A stretch of DNA of 64,000 bases from Chloroflexota bacterium (GCA_004297395.1 SCUO01000100.1:3043-67042); one strand, 5' to 3'; numbered from the stretch's first letter, positions 52,267 through 62,031 are shown. Translations and numbers: made by a program. Notes: generated by a model not told the origin, from the letters alone.

Positions 52267-53172
52267 GTGCAGGTCCACCTCGTCGACGCAACCTACGAGT
52301 TGTTCCGGGCGCACTACGCGCCGCGGCCGCCGGTCCTCGGGCGGGGCGGAGTCAACCTCTCGGGCGTCTCGGGCGTCGTGGACCAGCTGCTCTACCTCCT
52401 CCGCGAGGAGGGCGCGACGCACGTCGGCTGCGCCACCGACCGGGTGATCGAATCCTTCCGGAACGACCTGTTCCCCAGTTACAAGTCGTCGGCCGGGATG
52501 CAGCCCGAGCTCCTCGGCCAGTTCCCGATCGTCGAGGCCGCGATCGAGGCCCTCGGGCTCGTCCTCTGGCCGATGGTCGAGTTCGAGGCCGACGACGGGA
52601 TCGCGGCTGCCTGCCGTCGCTTCGCCGCCGACCCGGAGGTCGAGCGGATCTTCGTCTGCACGCCCGACAAGGACATGGCCCAGCTCGTCGACGGAGAGCG
52701 CGTGGTGCTCCTCGACCGCCGTCGCCGGATCACCTACGACGAGGCCGGCGTCCGGGCGAAGTGGGGCGTCGCCCCGGCCTCGATCCCCGACTGGCTGGCC
52801 CTCGTCGGCGACGCGTCCGACGGTTACCCGGGGATCCCCGGCTGGGGCGCGAAGGGCGCGGCGGCGGTGCTGGCCGTGTATGGCTCGTTCGAGGGGATCC
52901 CGGAGCGCGCGTCGGCCTGGGAGGTGCCGGGCGTCGGCGGCACCCGGGCGCTGTCGCTCGCCGCGTCGCTCCGCGACCACCACCAGGAGGCGATCCTCTA
53001 CCGGTCGCTGGCCCGGCTCCGGTACGTGGAAGACGGCGTCACGATCCCGCAACAGCGGGCCGCCGAGCTCGAGTGGCGGGGCGCCCCGCGGGCGGTCTGG
53101 GGGGCGTTCTGCGACGAGTGGGGCCTCGACCGGTTGCGCACCCGGCCGCACCGCTGGGGCGGCGAGAGCTAG
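52267..53172 (+). CDS. 5'-3' exonuclease / flap endonuclease (Pol I N-terminal-like)
   Basis: HLVDATYELFRAHYA, VEFEADDGIA, TPDKDMAQLV, and an H3TH motif LVGDASDGYPGIPGWGAKGA. Confidence 0.85.
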   Translation: MQVHLVDATYELFRAHYAPRPPVLGRGGVNLSGVSGVVDQLLYLLREEGATHVGCATDRVIESFRNDLFPSYKSSAGMQPELLGQFPIVEAAIEALGLVLWPMVEFEADDGIAAACRRFAADPEVERIFVCTPDKDMAQLVDGERVVLLDRRRRITYDEAGVRAKWGVAPASIPDWLALVGDASDGYPGIPGWGAKGAAAVLAVYGSFEGIPERASAWEVPGVGGTRALSLAASLRDHHQEAILYRSLARLRYVEDGVTIPQQRAAELEWRGAPRAVWGAFCDEWGLDRLRTRPHRWGGES

Positions 53173-54065
53173 GTCGAGGTTTCGTCCCGGATGGGCTCAG
53201 GCGCCCGTATCCGCCGCAGCAGCTCCGCGTGGTGGGCCGGCGGGGCGGCGAGCACGCCGATGGACTGGGACTTGGCCGCGATCCGGAACCAGGGACCGCC
53301 GTCGAGGTCCGTGACCGTGGCGCCGGCCCGCTCGGCGATGAGGCCGGCAGCTGCGATGTCCCAGGTCGAGAGGCCGCCCTGCTGGACGAAGGCATCGAAG
53401 CGCCCGTTCGCGACATACGCGAGGGCCAGGGCCGCCGAGCCCATCGAGCGCGGCACGCGAATCGCCTTGCGGACCTCGCGGGAGCGCGTCGCCGCCGCCC
53501 GACCGCCGAGGGCCATCGAGATGACGAAGTCGCTGAGCCTGTCCTTGCCCGAGGCCCGGACCGGGCGTCCGGCCAGCGTCACCGGCCCGTCGATCGTCGC
53601 CGCGAAGGACTCGCCCCGTGACGGATCATGGACCACGCCCACGACCGGCCGCCCGCCCTCGACGAGGGCGATCGAGACGCAGAAGAACGGGATCCCGTTG
53701 GCGTAGTTGATCGTGCCGTCGAGCGGATCGACGACCCAGACCCGGCCGACGCCAGAGGTGGCCGTCTGCCCGGCGGCGCCACCGTCGTGCTCGCCGCTCT
53801 CCTCGCCGAGGAGCGCATCGCCGGGAAAGGCGGACCGGACGGCGTCGAGGATGAGCGCTTCGGACAGGTGATCGACCTCGGTGACGACGTCGCGGGCCGA
53901 CTTGTAGTCGATCCGCTCGACCCGCTCGTAGCGCTCCATCTGGAGCTCGCCGGCACGGGTTGCCACCCCGAGTGCGAAGGCGAGCTCGGCCGCGTGGGAA
54001 TCGCCCGCGTGGGGATCGCCCGGAACCTGGACCTCGCCGACGGGTCGGGCGACGACGTCCGTCAC
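53169..54065 (-). CDS. inositol monophosphatase family protein
   Basis: In-frame GTG at 54065 overlaps the upstream stop (GTGA). Motifs: EESG, WVVDPLDGTINY, WDIAAAGLI. Confidence 0.85.
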   Translation of the reverse strand: MTDVVARPVGEVQVPGDPHAGDSHAAELAFALGVATRAGELQMERYERVERIDYKSARDVVTEVDHLSEALILDAVRSAFPGDALLGEESGEHDGGAAGQTATSGVGRVWVVDPLDGTINYANGIPFFCVSIALVEGGRPVVGVVHDPSRGESFAATIDGPVTLAGRPVRASGKDRLSDFVISMALGGRAAATRSREVRKAIRVPRSMGSAALALAYVANGRFDAFVQQGGLSTWDIAAAGLIAERAGATVTDLDGGPWFRIAAKSQSIGVLAAPPAHHAELLRRIRAPEPIRDETST

Positions 54066-54541
54066 GGCGAATCGCAGTCGACGGCCAGGGCGAGGGGCTC
54101 GTCGCCGAAGGCGGCGACCGCGGCGGAGAAGGTGATCGAGGCCCCGGCCGGCACGACCGGCGTCTGGATGACCTGGCTCGGGCCGCCGGCGCTCCCGCCC
54201 GCCTCGACGACGCGGCACGTGGTCGCCGCGTCCTTCGAGCCACCGTTCGAGACGGTGACGGTGAGGGCCAGCCCGCCACCCGGGGCCGCCGCGACGTCCC
54301 CCGCGACACCGCTGAACGGCCCGACCCCGGACAGGCCGAGCCGGGCGAGCAGCGCCAGGATGACGACGAACAGGACGATCCCGCCGGCGGCAAGGGCGTG
54401 GACCTGGGTCGCGGCCGGCTGCTGGAGCCCGAGCGGGTTGCACTCGTCGCAGAGCGCGATGTCGATGGCGACCGGCCGGCCACAGCGGAGGCAGGGGTGG
54501 GTCGGCTCGGGCGTCGCGGGCAGGATCGCGGGGGTGGTCAT
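54062..54541 (-). CDS. zinc-ribbon / single-TM / extracytoplasmic domain protein, hypothetical
   Basis: In-frame ATG at 54541. CLRCGRPV...CDECNP, then TM helix ALAAGGIVLFVVILALLA, then a beta-rich domain with two cysteines. Confidence 0.6.
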   Translation of the reverse strand: MTTPAILPATPEPTHPCLRCGRPVAIDIALCDECNPLGLQQPAATQVHALAAGGIVLFVVILALLARLGLSGVGPFSGVAGDVAAAPGGGLALTVTVSNGGSKDAATTCRVVEAGGSAGGPSQVIQTPVVPAGASITFSAAVAAFGDEPLALAVDCDSP

Positions 54542-54582
54542 GGGCCAGAGGATGGTGCCACGGATCGCCGGGGACCAGCCGC

Positions 54583-55425
54583 TCAGCGGCCCGCGGCGTC
54601 CACCAGGCGGTCGATGTCGGCGCTCGTGCGCGCGGTCAGGACGATCTCGTCGGCCCCGAGCTCGGCCCAGCGGGCGGCGGTCTCGGCCGGGGCCTCGAGC
54701 CAGGGGCTGGCCGCGAGCGCATCGACGCCGGTCCGCCCGCCCCCGAACCCGACGACGACACGGACGTCGGTCCTCGCCCGACCCGCAGCCGCCAGTGCCT
54801 CGAGGTATCGGTCCCGGAGCGCCTCGAACGTTTCGGCCTCGGCCGCCCAGCCGTCGCCGGCCCTGGCCGCAAGCCGCACGCCGGCCGGCGTCCCGGCCCC
54901 GACGAGGATCGGTGGCGGCGGTTCCGGTCGCGGGTAGGCCGCGGCCTCGGCCAGCGGGTAGAAGCGGCCGGCATGGGTCACCGGGCCGCCGGTCCAGAGG
55001 GCCCGGATCACCGCGATCGCCTCCTCCAGCCGGGCGGCCCGCTCGGCGGCTTCGGGAAACTCGATCCCGTAGGCCCGGTGCTCGCGCGGGAACCCACCGA
55101 TGCCGATGCCGAGGGTGAGCCGGCCGCCGGCAATCGCCTGGACCGTGCCGGCCATCCGGGCCAGCACGGCCGGGTGGCGGTTCATGACGTTGGCCACCCA
55201 CGACCCGAGCCCGATCCGCCGGGTCGCCGCCGCCGCGGCGGCGAGCGTCGTCCACTGCTCGACGACCGGCACCGTCGGGTCGCCCTTGCCCATCACGTGA
55301 TCCCAGCACCAGGCAGTGGCGTAGCCGGCCTCGTCGAGGCGCCGGGCACCCTCGAGCCACCAGCCGGCCTCCGCCCCCACCGAGCCGATGGCCACCCCGA
55401 TCGGCAGCGCGCCCCAGGGTCCCAT
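54583..55425 (-). CDS. LLM-class (luciferase-like) flavin/F420-dependent oxidoreductase
   Basis: AGYATAWCWDHV...RIGLGSWVANVMNRHPAVLA...GGRLTLGIGIGG. Confidence 0.8.
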   Translation of the reverse strand: MGPWGALPIGVAIGSVGAEAGWWLEGARRLDEAGYATAWCWDHVMGKGDPTVPVVEQWTTLAAAAAATRRIGLGSWVANVMNRHPAVLARMAGTVQAIAGGRLTLGIGIGGFPREHRAYGIEFPEAAERAARLEEAIAVIRALWTGGPVTHAGRFYPLAEAAAYPRPEPPPPILVGAGTPAGVRLAARAGDGWAAEAETFEALRDRYLEALAAAGRARTDVRVVVGFGGGRTGVDALAASPWLEAPAETAARWAELGADEIVLTARTSADIDRLVDAAGR

Positions 55426-55463
55426 CTGTCGTCGCCGCAGCCGGGCCGTCGTGGTCTCGGCGT

Positions 55464-56315
55464 CTAGAGACCGGTCTCGAAGAGCCGGATGTCCTCGGGG
55501 CTCATGGCGTGGCCGTCGCCGCGGGTCGGGCCGAGGGCGTCGCGCGCGCCGAGGGCGTCGAGATCAGCCGGGAAGCGACCGATGAGGTCGAGGACGACCC
55601 CCTGGATCCGCTCGGCGTTCTGGGCGAAGACCTCCAGGACGCTCCGGGCATCGACGGCGTTGGTGCCCTCGTGGACACCGGCGTCGTAGTCGGTGATGAG
55701 CGAGATGTTGACGACGGCCATCCCGAGCTCGCGGCACAGCCAGGCCTCGGGGTACTGGGTCATGTTGATGACCTCCCAGCCGGCATCGGAGAACCACTTC
55801 GATTCCGACTTCGTCGAGAACCGGGGACCCTCGATGACGACGACCGTGCCGCGGTCGTGGACCTCGATGCCGTGATCGCGGATCGTCTCGACCGCGAGCC
55901 GCCGCAGGACCGGGTCGTACGTCTCGGCCGACGACAGGTGGGTCACGATCGGGCCGTCGAAGAAGGTGTGGGGCCGCTGGCCGGTCGTCCGATCGACGAA
56001 CTGGTCGCAGACGACGAAGTCGCCGGGCTTGACCCGGATCGCAAGGGAGCCCGCGGCACACGGCGAGATCACCGCCTTGACCCCGAGCGAGCGCATCGCC
56101 CAGACATTGGCCCGGTAGTTGATCCGGTGCGGCGGGATCGTGTGACGGCGACCGTGGCGGGGCAGGAAGGCGACTGCCCGCCCGGCCACCGACGCCAGGA
56201 AGAAGCTGTCCGACGGCGCGCCGTACGGCGTGTCGACCTTGATCTCGCGGACGTCATCGAGCAGCGAGTAGAAGCCGGATCCCCCGAACACCCCGATCTC
56301 TGCCAGCTCCGTCAC
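55464..56315 (-). CDS. mtnP: S-methyl-5'-thioadenosine phosphorylase
   Basis: GVFGGSGFY, FLPRHGRRHTIPPHRINYRANVWA, INMTQYPEAWLCRELG. GTG at 56315 has GGAGG 6 nt upstream; the ORF-track start at 56381 is less likely. Confidence 0.9.
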   Translation of the reverse strand: MTELAEIGVFGGSGFYSLLDDVREIKVDTPYGAPSDSFFLASVAGRAVAFLPRHGRRHTIPPHRINYRANVWAMRSLGVKAVISPCAAGSLAIRVKPGDFVVCDQFVDRTTGQRPHTFFDGPIVTHLSSAETYDPVLRRLAVETIRDHGIEVHDRGTVVVIEGPRFSTKSESKWFSDAGWEVINMTQYPEAWLCRELGMAVVNISLITDYDAGVHEGTNAVDARSVLEVFAQNAERIQGVVLDLIGRFPADLDALGARDALGPTRGDGHAMSPEDIRLFETGL

Positions 56316-56466
56316 GCCGTACCTCCGGTCGATCGAATCCCCGGCCGGCCGGTCGAGCTCGAGTGGACCTGGCGCGGGCACCGCGGGGGCGAGGGCCGAT
56401 TGTAGTCGCGCTCGGCGGTGGCGCTGCTCTACGATGGCCTCGCGCTCCCAGTGAGTGAGGAGATCG

Positions 56467-56898
56467 ATGACGAGCCCGAACGACCGACCCGACGTTCCCC
56501 CGATCCCACCTCACCCGGCGGCGAGCGCGCCGGCGGCGAGCGCGCCGGCGGCGAGCGCGCCGGCGGCCTCAAGTGCACCCCCGAGCTCCTGGGGCGGGAT
56601 GGACCTCAAGACCAGCATCGAGCAGGGCGCCCGGACCCTCGACCAGCGGGCCGAGGCCCTGGGTCGCGAGGCCGAGGCCGCGGCAAAGCGCTGGGGCGAG
56701 AGCCCGGCGGTCAAGGCAACCGCCGACCTCGCGACGAGGCTGTGGGGCCTCCTGCTCCTCGCCTTCGGCCTGTGGTTCCTGGCCGACGTGACCCTTCGCC
56801 TCGACCTGCCGAACCTCCGCTGGTCCGAGCTCTGGCCCATCGTCCTGATCGTGGTCGGCGGCTTCGTGGTCGTGCGAGGGCTCGCGCGGCGGAGCTGA
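56467..56898 (+). CDS. membrane protein with an (AASAP)3 repeat and a DUF5668/LiaF-like C-terminal TM pair
   Basis: In-frame ATG at 56467, preceded by GAGGAG. C-terminus: LWGLLLLAFGLWFL...LWPIVLIVVGGFVVV. Confidence 0.65.
   Translation: MTSPNDRPDVPPIPPHPAASAPAASAPAASAPAASSAPPSSWGGMDLKTSIEQGARTLDQRAEALGREAEAAAKRWGESPAVKATADLATRLWGLLLLAFGLWFLADVTLRLDLPNLRWSELWPIVLIVVGGFVVVRGLARRS
56517..56566 (+). repeat. 15-bp tandem repeat x3.3 (ggcggcgagcgcgcc), in-frame within the CDS
   Basis: Read directly: units at 56517, 56532 and 56547, plus a partial fourth. It encodes AASAPAASAPAASAPAAS. Confidence 0.8.
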
Positions 56899-56900
56899 CG

Positions 56901-57596
56901 ATGGCCGGGCCGGGACCCGAATCCAGGCCGGCCGGCGCCGAGTCGCACCGCGGGGCATCCATCGAGCTCGCCGACTGGCGGCGACGGATCGCGACGCTGT
57001 ATGCCGAGGTGCGTGACCGCGCGGCGGACGATCCGGCTGCGGCCTGGGACCACTGGCGCGCGGTGCGCGAGGCGATGTACCGCGAGCATCCCCAGTCACC
57101 CGTGCCGGCTGGCGATCGGCCCGACTTTCGGGCCCGCCACTGGCCGTACGACCCGGGGCTGCGCTTCGAGGTCGAGGTCGAAGCGGACGGCGCGCTCGAC
57201 GTCGCCCGGCGCGGCGGATCGCCGCCCGCTCCAGCGATCCTGCCGATGAGCGTCGGCGATGAGCTGGCCTTCAGCCGGATCGGGCGGGTAACGATCCCTT
57301 TCCCAGCCGGGTCGCGGACCCTCGACCTGTTCTGGATGGCCGGCTACGCGGGCGGCCTGTTCCTGCCCTTCCGGGACGCCACGAACGGCCACGAGACGTA
57401 CGGGGCCGGTCGCTACCTGCTCGACGGAGCGAAAAGCGCCGACCTCGGCGGCGACCTCGCCGCCGGACACCTCGTTCTCGACTTCAACTTCGCCTTCCAG
57501 CCCTCGTGCGCCTTCGATCCTCGCTGGGCCTGCCCGCTGGCACCACCGGAGAACCGCCTCGACATCCGGATCGAGGCCGGCGAGCGGCTGGCATGA
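56901..57596 (+). CDS. DUF1684 domain protein
   Basis: In-frame ATG at 56901. ETYGAGRYL...NFAFQPSCAFDPRWACPLAPPENRLDIRIEAGE is the typical DUF1684 C-terminus. Confidence 0.8.
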   Translation: MAGPGPESRPAGAESHRGASIELADWRRRIATLYAEVRDRAADDPAAAWDHWRAVREAMYREHPQSPVPAGDRPDFRARHWPYDPGLRFEVEVEADGALDVARRGGSPPAPAILPMSVGDELAFSRIGRVTIPFPAGSRTLDLFWMAGYAGGLFLPFRDATNGHETYGAGRYLLDGAKSADLGGDLAAGHLVLDFNFAFQPSCAFDPRWACPLAPPENRLDIRIEAGERLA

Positions 57597-58162
57597 CCAG
57601 CCGGGCCACCGCACCGAGCCGGGGTCCCGGGGCGCGCGTCCGCTCGGCGACCATCGCCGATGCCCGGGCAATCGCCGAGATCCGCGTCGCTTCGTGGCGT
57701 GCGACCTACCGCGGCATCGTCCCGACATCGATCCTCGAGGGCATGGACGTCGATCGCGACGAGGTTCGGTTTCGCGGGAGACTGGCCAACCCGGGGCTCA
57801 TGGCGTTCGTCGCCGAGGACGTCACCGGCAGCGTCATCGGGTTCGTCATGGCCGGCGCGGCGCGCGACGACGACGCCGCCGGTCTCGGCGAGGTCTACGC
57901 CATCTACCTCGCTCCGGGCGCTCGCGGCCGGGGCGTCGGGCGGGCGCTCATGGACGCCGCGCTCGAGGCCCTCGAGGCCTCCGGCTTCTCGACCGCCATC
58001 CTGTGGGTCCTGACCGCGAACGAGCCGGCCCGGCGCTTCTACGAGCGAGCCGGCTTCCAGCTCGACGGCACGGCCCGCGACCTCGACTTCGACGGCACGC
58101 CGGTCGAGGAGATCCGCTATCGGCGGGCCGATTCCGGCCGAGCCCGTACCATCGTGGCGTGA
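57593..58162 (+). CDS. GNAT-family N-acetyltransferase
   Basis: The ATG overlaps the upstream stop (ATGA). Motifs: VRSATIADARAIAEI...IYLAPGARGRGVGRALM...NEPARRFYERAGF. Confidence 0.85.
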   Translation: MTSRATAPSRGPGARVRSATIADARAIAEIRVASWRATYRGIVPTSILEGMDVDRDEVRFRGRLANPGLMAFVAEDVTGSVIGFVMAGAARDDDAAGLGEVYAIYLAPGARGRGVGRALMDAALEALEASGFSTAILWVLTANEPARRFYERAGFQLDGTARDLDFDGTPVEEIRYRRADSGRARTIVA

Positions 58163-58608
58163 CGGCCGATCCCTACGACCAGCTGCCCCCGGTGGCCGAC
58201 CTGCCGGCCCGCGTCCGGGCGTTCCTCGACGCTCCCCGGGTGGCCACGATCGCCACCGCCGGGCCGGACGGCGAGCCCCACCAGGCGGCGACCTGGTACC
58301 GCCTCGAGGGCGAGGGCCGGATCCTCGTGAACAGCCGCTGGCCCCGACGCTGGCCCACGGAGCTGAAGCGTGATGGCCGTTGCTCCCTGGCGGTCATCGA
58401 CGGCACCGACGGCTTCCGGTGGGTTGGCCTGAACGCCGTCGTCGAAGCCCGGATCGACGACGTCGAGCTCGCCCGCGACCACATCTGCGACCTGGCCGTC
58501 CGCTACGACGACGCGGCGCCCCGGACCCTGGCAATGTTCCGGAGCCAGCCCCGGGTGTCGTTCGTCCTTCGGATCACCCGGGTCCACGACCACCTCGGCG
58601 ACGAGTGA
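58159..58608 (+). CDS. PPOX-class (pyridoxamine 5'-phosphate oxidase-like) probable F420-dependent enzyme
   Basis: The GTG overlaps the upstream stop (GTGA). Motifs: RVATIATAGPDGEPHQAATWY...ILVNS. Confidence 0.75.
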   Translation: MTADPYDQLPPVADLPARVRAFLDAPRVATIATAGPDGEPHQAATWYRLEGEGRILVNSRWPRRWPTELKRDGRCSLAVIDGTDGFRWVGLNAVVEARIDDVELARDHICDLAVRYDDAAPRTLAMFRSQPRVSFVLRITRVHDHLGDE

Positions 58609-59549
58609 CCGACCAGGGTCCGGTCCGGTTCGGAGCCCAGCTCTGGTCGCAGGCGACGGACTGGCCGGCATTCCGGGACGCGGGCCTTGCGGCCGAGGCC
58701 GGCGGCTGGGACTCGGTCTGGACGTGGGATCACCTCCTGGCGATCTTCGGCCCCTGGCAGCAGCCGATCCTCGAGGGCTGGATGGCGCTGGCCGGCCTCG
58801 CGCCGATCACCCGGCGGGTCCGGCTTGGGCTCATGGTCGGCGCCAACACCTTCCGGAACCCCGGGCACACGGCGAAGCTCGCCGCGACCCTCGACCAGCT
58901 GAGCGACGGTCGAGCGGTCATGGGCATCGGCGGGGCGTGGTTCGAGCGGGAGCACGAGGCCTTCGGCATCGATCTCGGGGCGAGCGTCGGCGCGCGCCTC
59001 GACTGGCTCGACGAGTCTGTCGGCCTGATCCGGCGCCTCCTCGACGGGGAGCTCGTCAGCCACGAGGGCCGCCACTACACGTTCCGCGACGCGCTCTGCG
59101 AGCCGCGCCCGATCCAGGCCCACCTGCCGATCCTCGTCGGCGGCTCGGGGCCCACCAAGACCCTCCGGACGATCGCCCTGCGGGCCGACGGCTGGAACAC
59201 GAACGGCACGGTCGAGGAGGTCACGACCAAGCTGGCGACCCTCGACCGGCACTGCGCCGAGGTCGGGCGTGACCGCTCCGAGATCGAGCTGACGGTCAGC
59301 TTCCCAGTGGTCCTCCGTGACCGGCGGGCGGACGCGGAGGCGGCCTGGGCCGGGATCATCGGCCACAACGGGGTCGCCAACGCCGGCAACGTGCCCCACC
59401 TCCTCGGCTCGCCAGCCGAGGTCGCCGACGAGATCCGCCCGTACGTCGAGCTCGGCTTCCGGACGATCATCGTCCGCCTCCCCGCCCCCCACGACCGCGA
59501 GACGATCGACCGGATCGGCGAGGTCGCGTCCCGCCTCGAGGACGCCTGA
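58605..59549 (+). CDS. LLM-class F420-dependent oxidoreductase
   Basis: The GTG overlaps the upstream stop (GTGA). Motifs: WDSVWTWDHL...RLGLMVGANTFRNPGHTAK...GRAVMGIGGAW. Confidence 0.85.
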   Translation: MTDQGPVRFGAQLWSQATDWPAFRDAGLAAEAGGWDSVWTWDHLLAIFGPWQQPILEGWMALAGLAPITRRVRLGLMVGANTFRNPGHTAKLAATLDQLSDGRAVMGIGGAWFEREHEAFGIDLGASVGARLDWLDESVGLIRRLLDGELVSHEGRHYTFRDALCEPRPIQAHLPILVGGSGPTKTLRTIALRADGWNTNGTVEEVTTKLATLDRHCAEVGRDRSEIELTVSFPVVLRDRRADAEAAWAGIIGHNGVANAGNVPHLLGSPAEVADEIRPYVELGFRTIIVRLPAPHDRETIDRIGEVASRLEDA

Positions 59550-59554
59550 CGGGC

Positions 59555-60520
59555 GTGGCCGCGGCTGCCGGGCTGCGCGTCGTGGAGCTCGCTGGCGGGG
59601 TCGGCGGGGCGAAGCTGGCCCACGGGCTCCAGGCCCAATTGGGCGACCGGCTGTCGGTCGTGGTCAACACCGGCGACGACCTCGAGCGCCACGGCCTCCT
59701 CGTCTGCCCCGACCACGACACCGTCCTGTACACCCTCGCCGGGATCGACAACCGCGAGTGGGGTTGGGGCATCGCCGGCGAGACGTTCGCTGCCAGCGAG
59801 ATGCTCGCCCGCTACGGCGAGGAGACGTGGTTCCGGCTCGGCGACCGCGATCTCGCGACGCACATCGTCAGGACCCGCCGCTGGCGCGACGGCGAGCGGA
59901 TGACGACGATCGCCCTCGATCTCCAGGCCGCGCTCGGCGTCGCCGCCCGGATCCTGCCGATGACCGACGCCCCGGTTCGGACGCGCGTCCGGACCGACGA
60001 GGGCTGGCTCGATTTCCAGACGTACTTCGTGGGCCGCCACCAGGAACCGGAGGTCAGCGAGGTCCGGTTCGACGGCATCGGCTCGGCCACGGCCACGCCC
60101 GAGGTCGTGGCGGCCTTCGAGGCGGCCGATGCGATCATCGTGGCCCCCTCCAACCCGTTCGTCTCGGTGGCGCCGATCCTCGCCGTGCCGGGGATCCGCG
60201 AGGCCGTCGATGCGGCGCGGGGGCGCGGTGTCCCGGTCGCGGCGGTCTCCGGGATCGTGGGAGGGCGGGCCATCAAGGGACCCGCCGACCGGATGATCGC
60301 GTCGCTTGCCGGCGAGCCGCCGACGGCCGTGGCCGTCGCCCGCCGCTACGCCGGCTGGGTCGACCTGTTCGTCCTCGACGCGACCGACGCCGAGCTCGAG
60401 GGCGAGGTCCGGGCGCTCGGCTTCGAGACCCTCGTCACCGACACGATGATGGTCGGCGACGCCGTGCGTGCCCGGCTCGCCGGCGACGTGCTGGAGGCCC
60501 TCGCCGCGCGACGGCGCTAG
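59555..60520 (+). CDS. cofD: 2-phospho-L-lactate transferase (F420 biosynthesis)
   Basis: VVELAGGVGGAKLA, NTGDD, CPDHDTVLYTLAG, APSNPFVS. Confidence 0.9.
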   Translation: MAAAAGLRVVELAGGVGGAKLAHGLQAQLGDRLSVVVNTGDDLERHGLLVCPDHDTVLYTLAGIDNREWGWGIAGETFAASEMLARYGEETWFRLGDRDLATHIVRTRRWRDGERMTTIALDLQAALGVAARILPMTDAPVRTRVRTDEGWLDFQTYFVGRHQEPEVSEVRFDGIGSATATPEVVAAFEAADAIIVAPSNPFVSVAPILAVPGIREAVDAARGRGVPVAAVSGIVGGRAIKGPADRMIASLAGEPPTAVAVARRYAGWVDLFVLDATDAELEGEVRALGFETLVTDTMMVGDAVRARLAGDVLEALAARRR

Positions 60521-60530
60521 CATCGACGAC

Positions 60531-61208
60531 GTGGAGCCCACCCCGACCGCCGACCTCAGCTCCACCTGGGCCCTCGTCCCGCTCCGCGGCCTCGAGGACG
60601 CCAAGACCCGCCTCGGAGCGGAGCTGGACCCCGAGGAACGGCTCGAGCTCGTGATCGCGATGGCGAGCCGGACGCTGGCCGCGGCCCGCGACGCCCAGGG
60701 AATCTCGGGGACGGTGCTCGTTACCGCGGACCCCGCCGCTGCCGAGCTCGCCGCGACGTTCGGAGCGCGGACCATCGTCCAGCGACTGCCGGGCCTGAAC
60801 GCCGCCTTGATGGAGGCCCGGGCCGTAGCGATCGAGCTGGGTGCGACCGCCATCCTCGTCCTCCCGATCGACCTGCCCGCGATCTCCGTCGCGGCGCTCG
60901 AGGCGCTCCTCGAGGCGGCATCCTGCGCGAATGCCGAGCCGCCGCCCGACCGACCGGTGGTCCTCGCCGTGCCCGACCGCCATGGTCGCGGGACGAATGC
61001 CCTGCTCGTCTCGCCGCCGGCGGCCATCGACCCGGCCTTCGGGGAGGACAGCCTCCTCTCGCACGCCGAGGCTGCGGCTGCCAGCGGCGCCACGTTCCTG
61101 CGTCACGCAGGCCCCCTGACCCTCGACGTCGACACCGGCGCCGATCTCCTCGTGGCCGAGGCCCAAGGCGTCGTCGCCTCGACCGGACGAGTCACGCATG
61201 GCGCCTGA
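60531..61208 (+). CDS. cofC: 2-phospho-L-lactate (or PEP/3PG) guanylyltransferase (F420 biosynthesis)
   Basis: In-frame GTG at 60531. Motifs: WALVPLRGLEDAKTRL...LPGLNAAL...VLPIDLP...DRHGRGTNAL. Located between cofD and cofE. Confidence 0.8.
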   Translation: MEPTPTADLSSTWALVPLRGLEDAKTRLGAELDPEERLELVIAMASRTLAAARDAQGISGTVLVTADPAAAELAATFGARTIVQRLPGLNAALMEARAVAIELGATAILVLPIDLPAISVAALEALLEAASCANAEPPPDRPVVLAVPDRHGRGTNALLVSPPAAIDPAFGEDSLLSHAEAAAASGATFLRHAGPLTLDVDTGADLLVAEAQGVVASTGRVTHGA

Positions 61209-62004
61209 GGAAGCGCCCCGGGTCGCGCCGGTCCGGCCCGGGCCGTCGCTCGAGATCATGGCTCTCCTCGGGATCCCGGAAGTCCGGCCGGGTGACGACC
61301 TTGCGGCGATCCTGCTCGAGGCGCTCGGCTCGACGCCCGGGATCCCCCCGCTCCGGGACGGCGACGTCCTCGTCGTCACCCAGAAGGTCGTGTCGAAAGC
61401 GGAGGGCGCAATCGTCGACCTCGAGGGGATCGAGCCGCGCCAGGAGGCGATCGAGTTCGCGATCTCGGCCGACCGCGACGCCCGCCAGGTCGAGGTCGTC
61501 CTGCGCGAGGCCCGCCGGGTCGTCCGGATGGAGCACCGGGTCCTCATCACCGAGACGCCCCACGGCTTCGTCTGCGCCAACGGTGGCGTGGATGCCTCGA
61601 ACGTGGGGCCTGGGACCGGGAACATCGTCACGCTCCTGCCGGTGGACCCCGATGCGTCCGCCGGCCGGATCCGGGAAGCCGTCCGCCAACACCACGGCGT
61701 GGATGTCCCGGTCGTGATCTCGGATTCGTTCGGGCGACCGTGGCGCTGGGGCATCGTCGACGTCGCGATCGGCGTCTCGGGCCTCCTGCCGATCGAGAAC
61801 CTGCGGGGCTCGCCCGACGCCGACGGCCGGATCATGAAGTCGACCGTCCGGGCCGTGGCCGACGAGCTCGCCTCGGCCGCCGAGCTGGCCCTCGGCAAGA
61901 CCGGTGGTCGGCCGGCCGCCCTGATCCGTGGCGCCGCGTACACCCGCGGCGAGGGCACCATCCGCGAGGCCCTCATGCCGGCCTCGTGGGACCTCTTCCG
62001 CTGA
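61198..62004 (+). CDS. cofE: coenzyme F420-0:L-glutamate ligase, stand-alone single-domain form
   Basis: GIPEVRPGDDLA, VVTQKVVSKAEG, HGFVCANGGVDASN, ISDSFGRPWR. 268 aa with no C-terminal nitroreductase-like domain. An alternative start is ATG at 61258. Confidence 0.9.
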   Translation: MAPEEAPRVAPVRPGPSLEIMALLGIPEVRPGDDLAAILLEALGSTPGIPPLRDGDVLVVTQKVVSKAEGAIVDLEGIEPRQEAIEFAISADRDARQVEVVLREARRVVRMEHRVLITETPHGFVCANGGVDASNVGPGTGNIVTLLPVDPDASAGRIREAVRQHHGVDVPVVISDSFGRPWRWGIVDVAIGVSGLLPIENLRGSPDADGRIMKSTVRAVADELASAAELALGKTGGRPAALIRGAAYTRGEGTIREALMPASWDLFR

Positions 62005-62005
62005 G

Positions 62006-62031
62006 CCGACTCGTCCGAGGACGAGGCTCGG
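62006..62031 (+). terminator. imperfect hairpin directly after the cofE stop (no U-tract)
   Basis: ccga-ctcgtc-cgag-gacgag-gc-tcgg, read directly. Confidence 0.3.
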
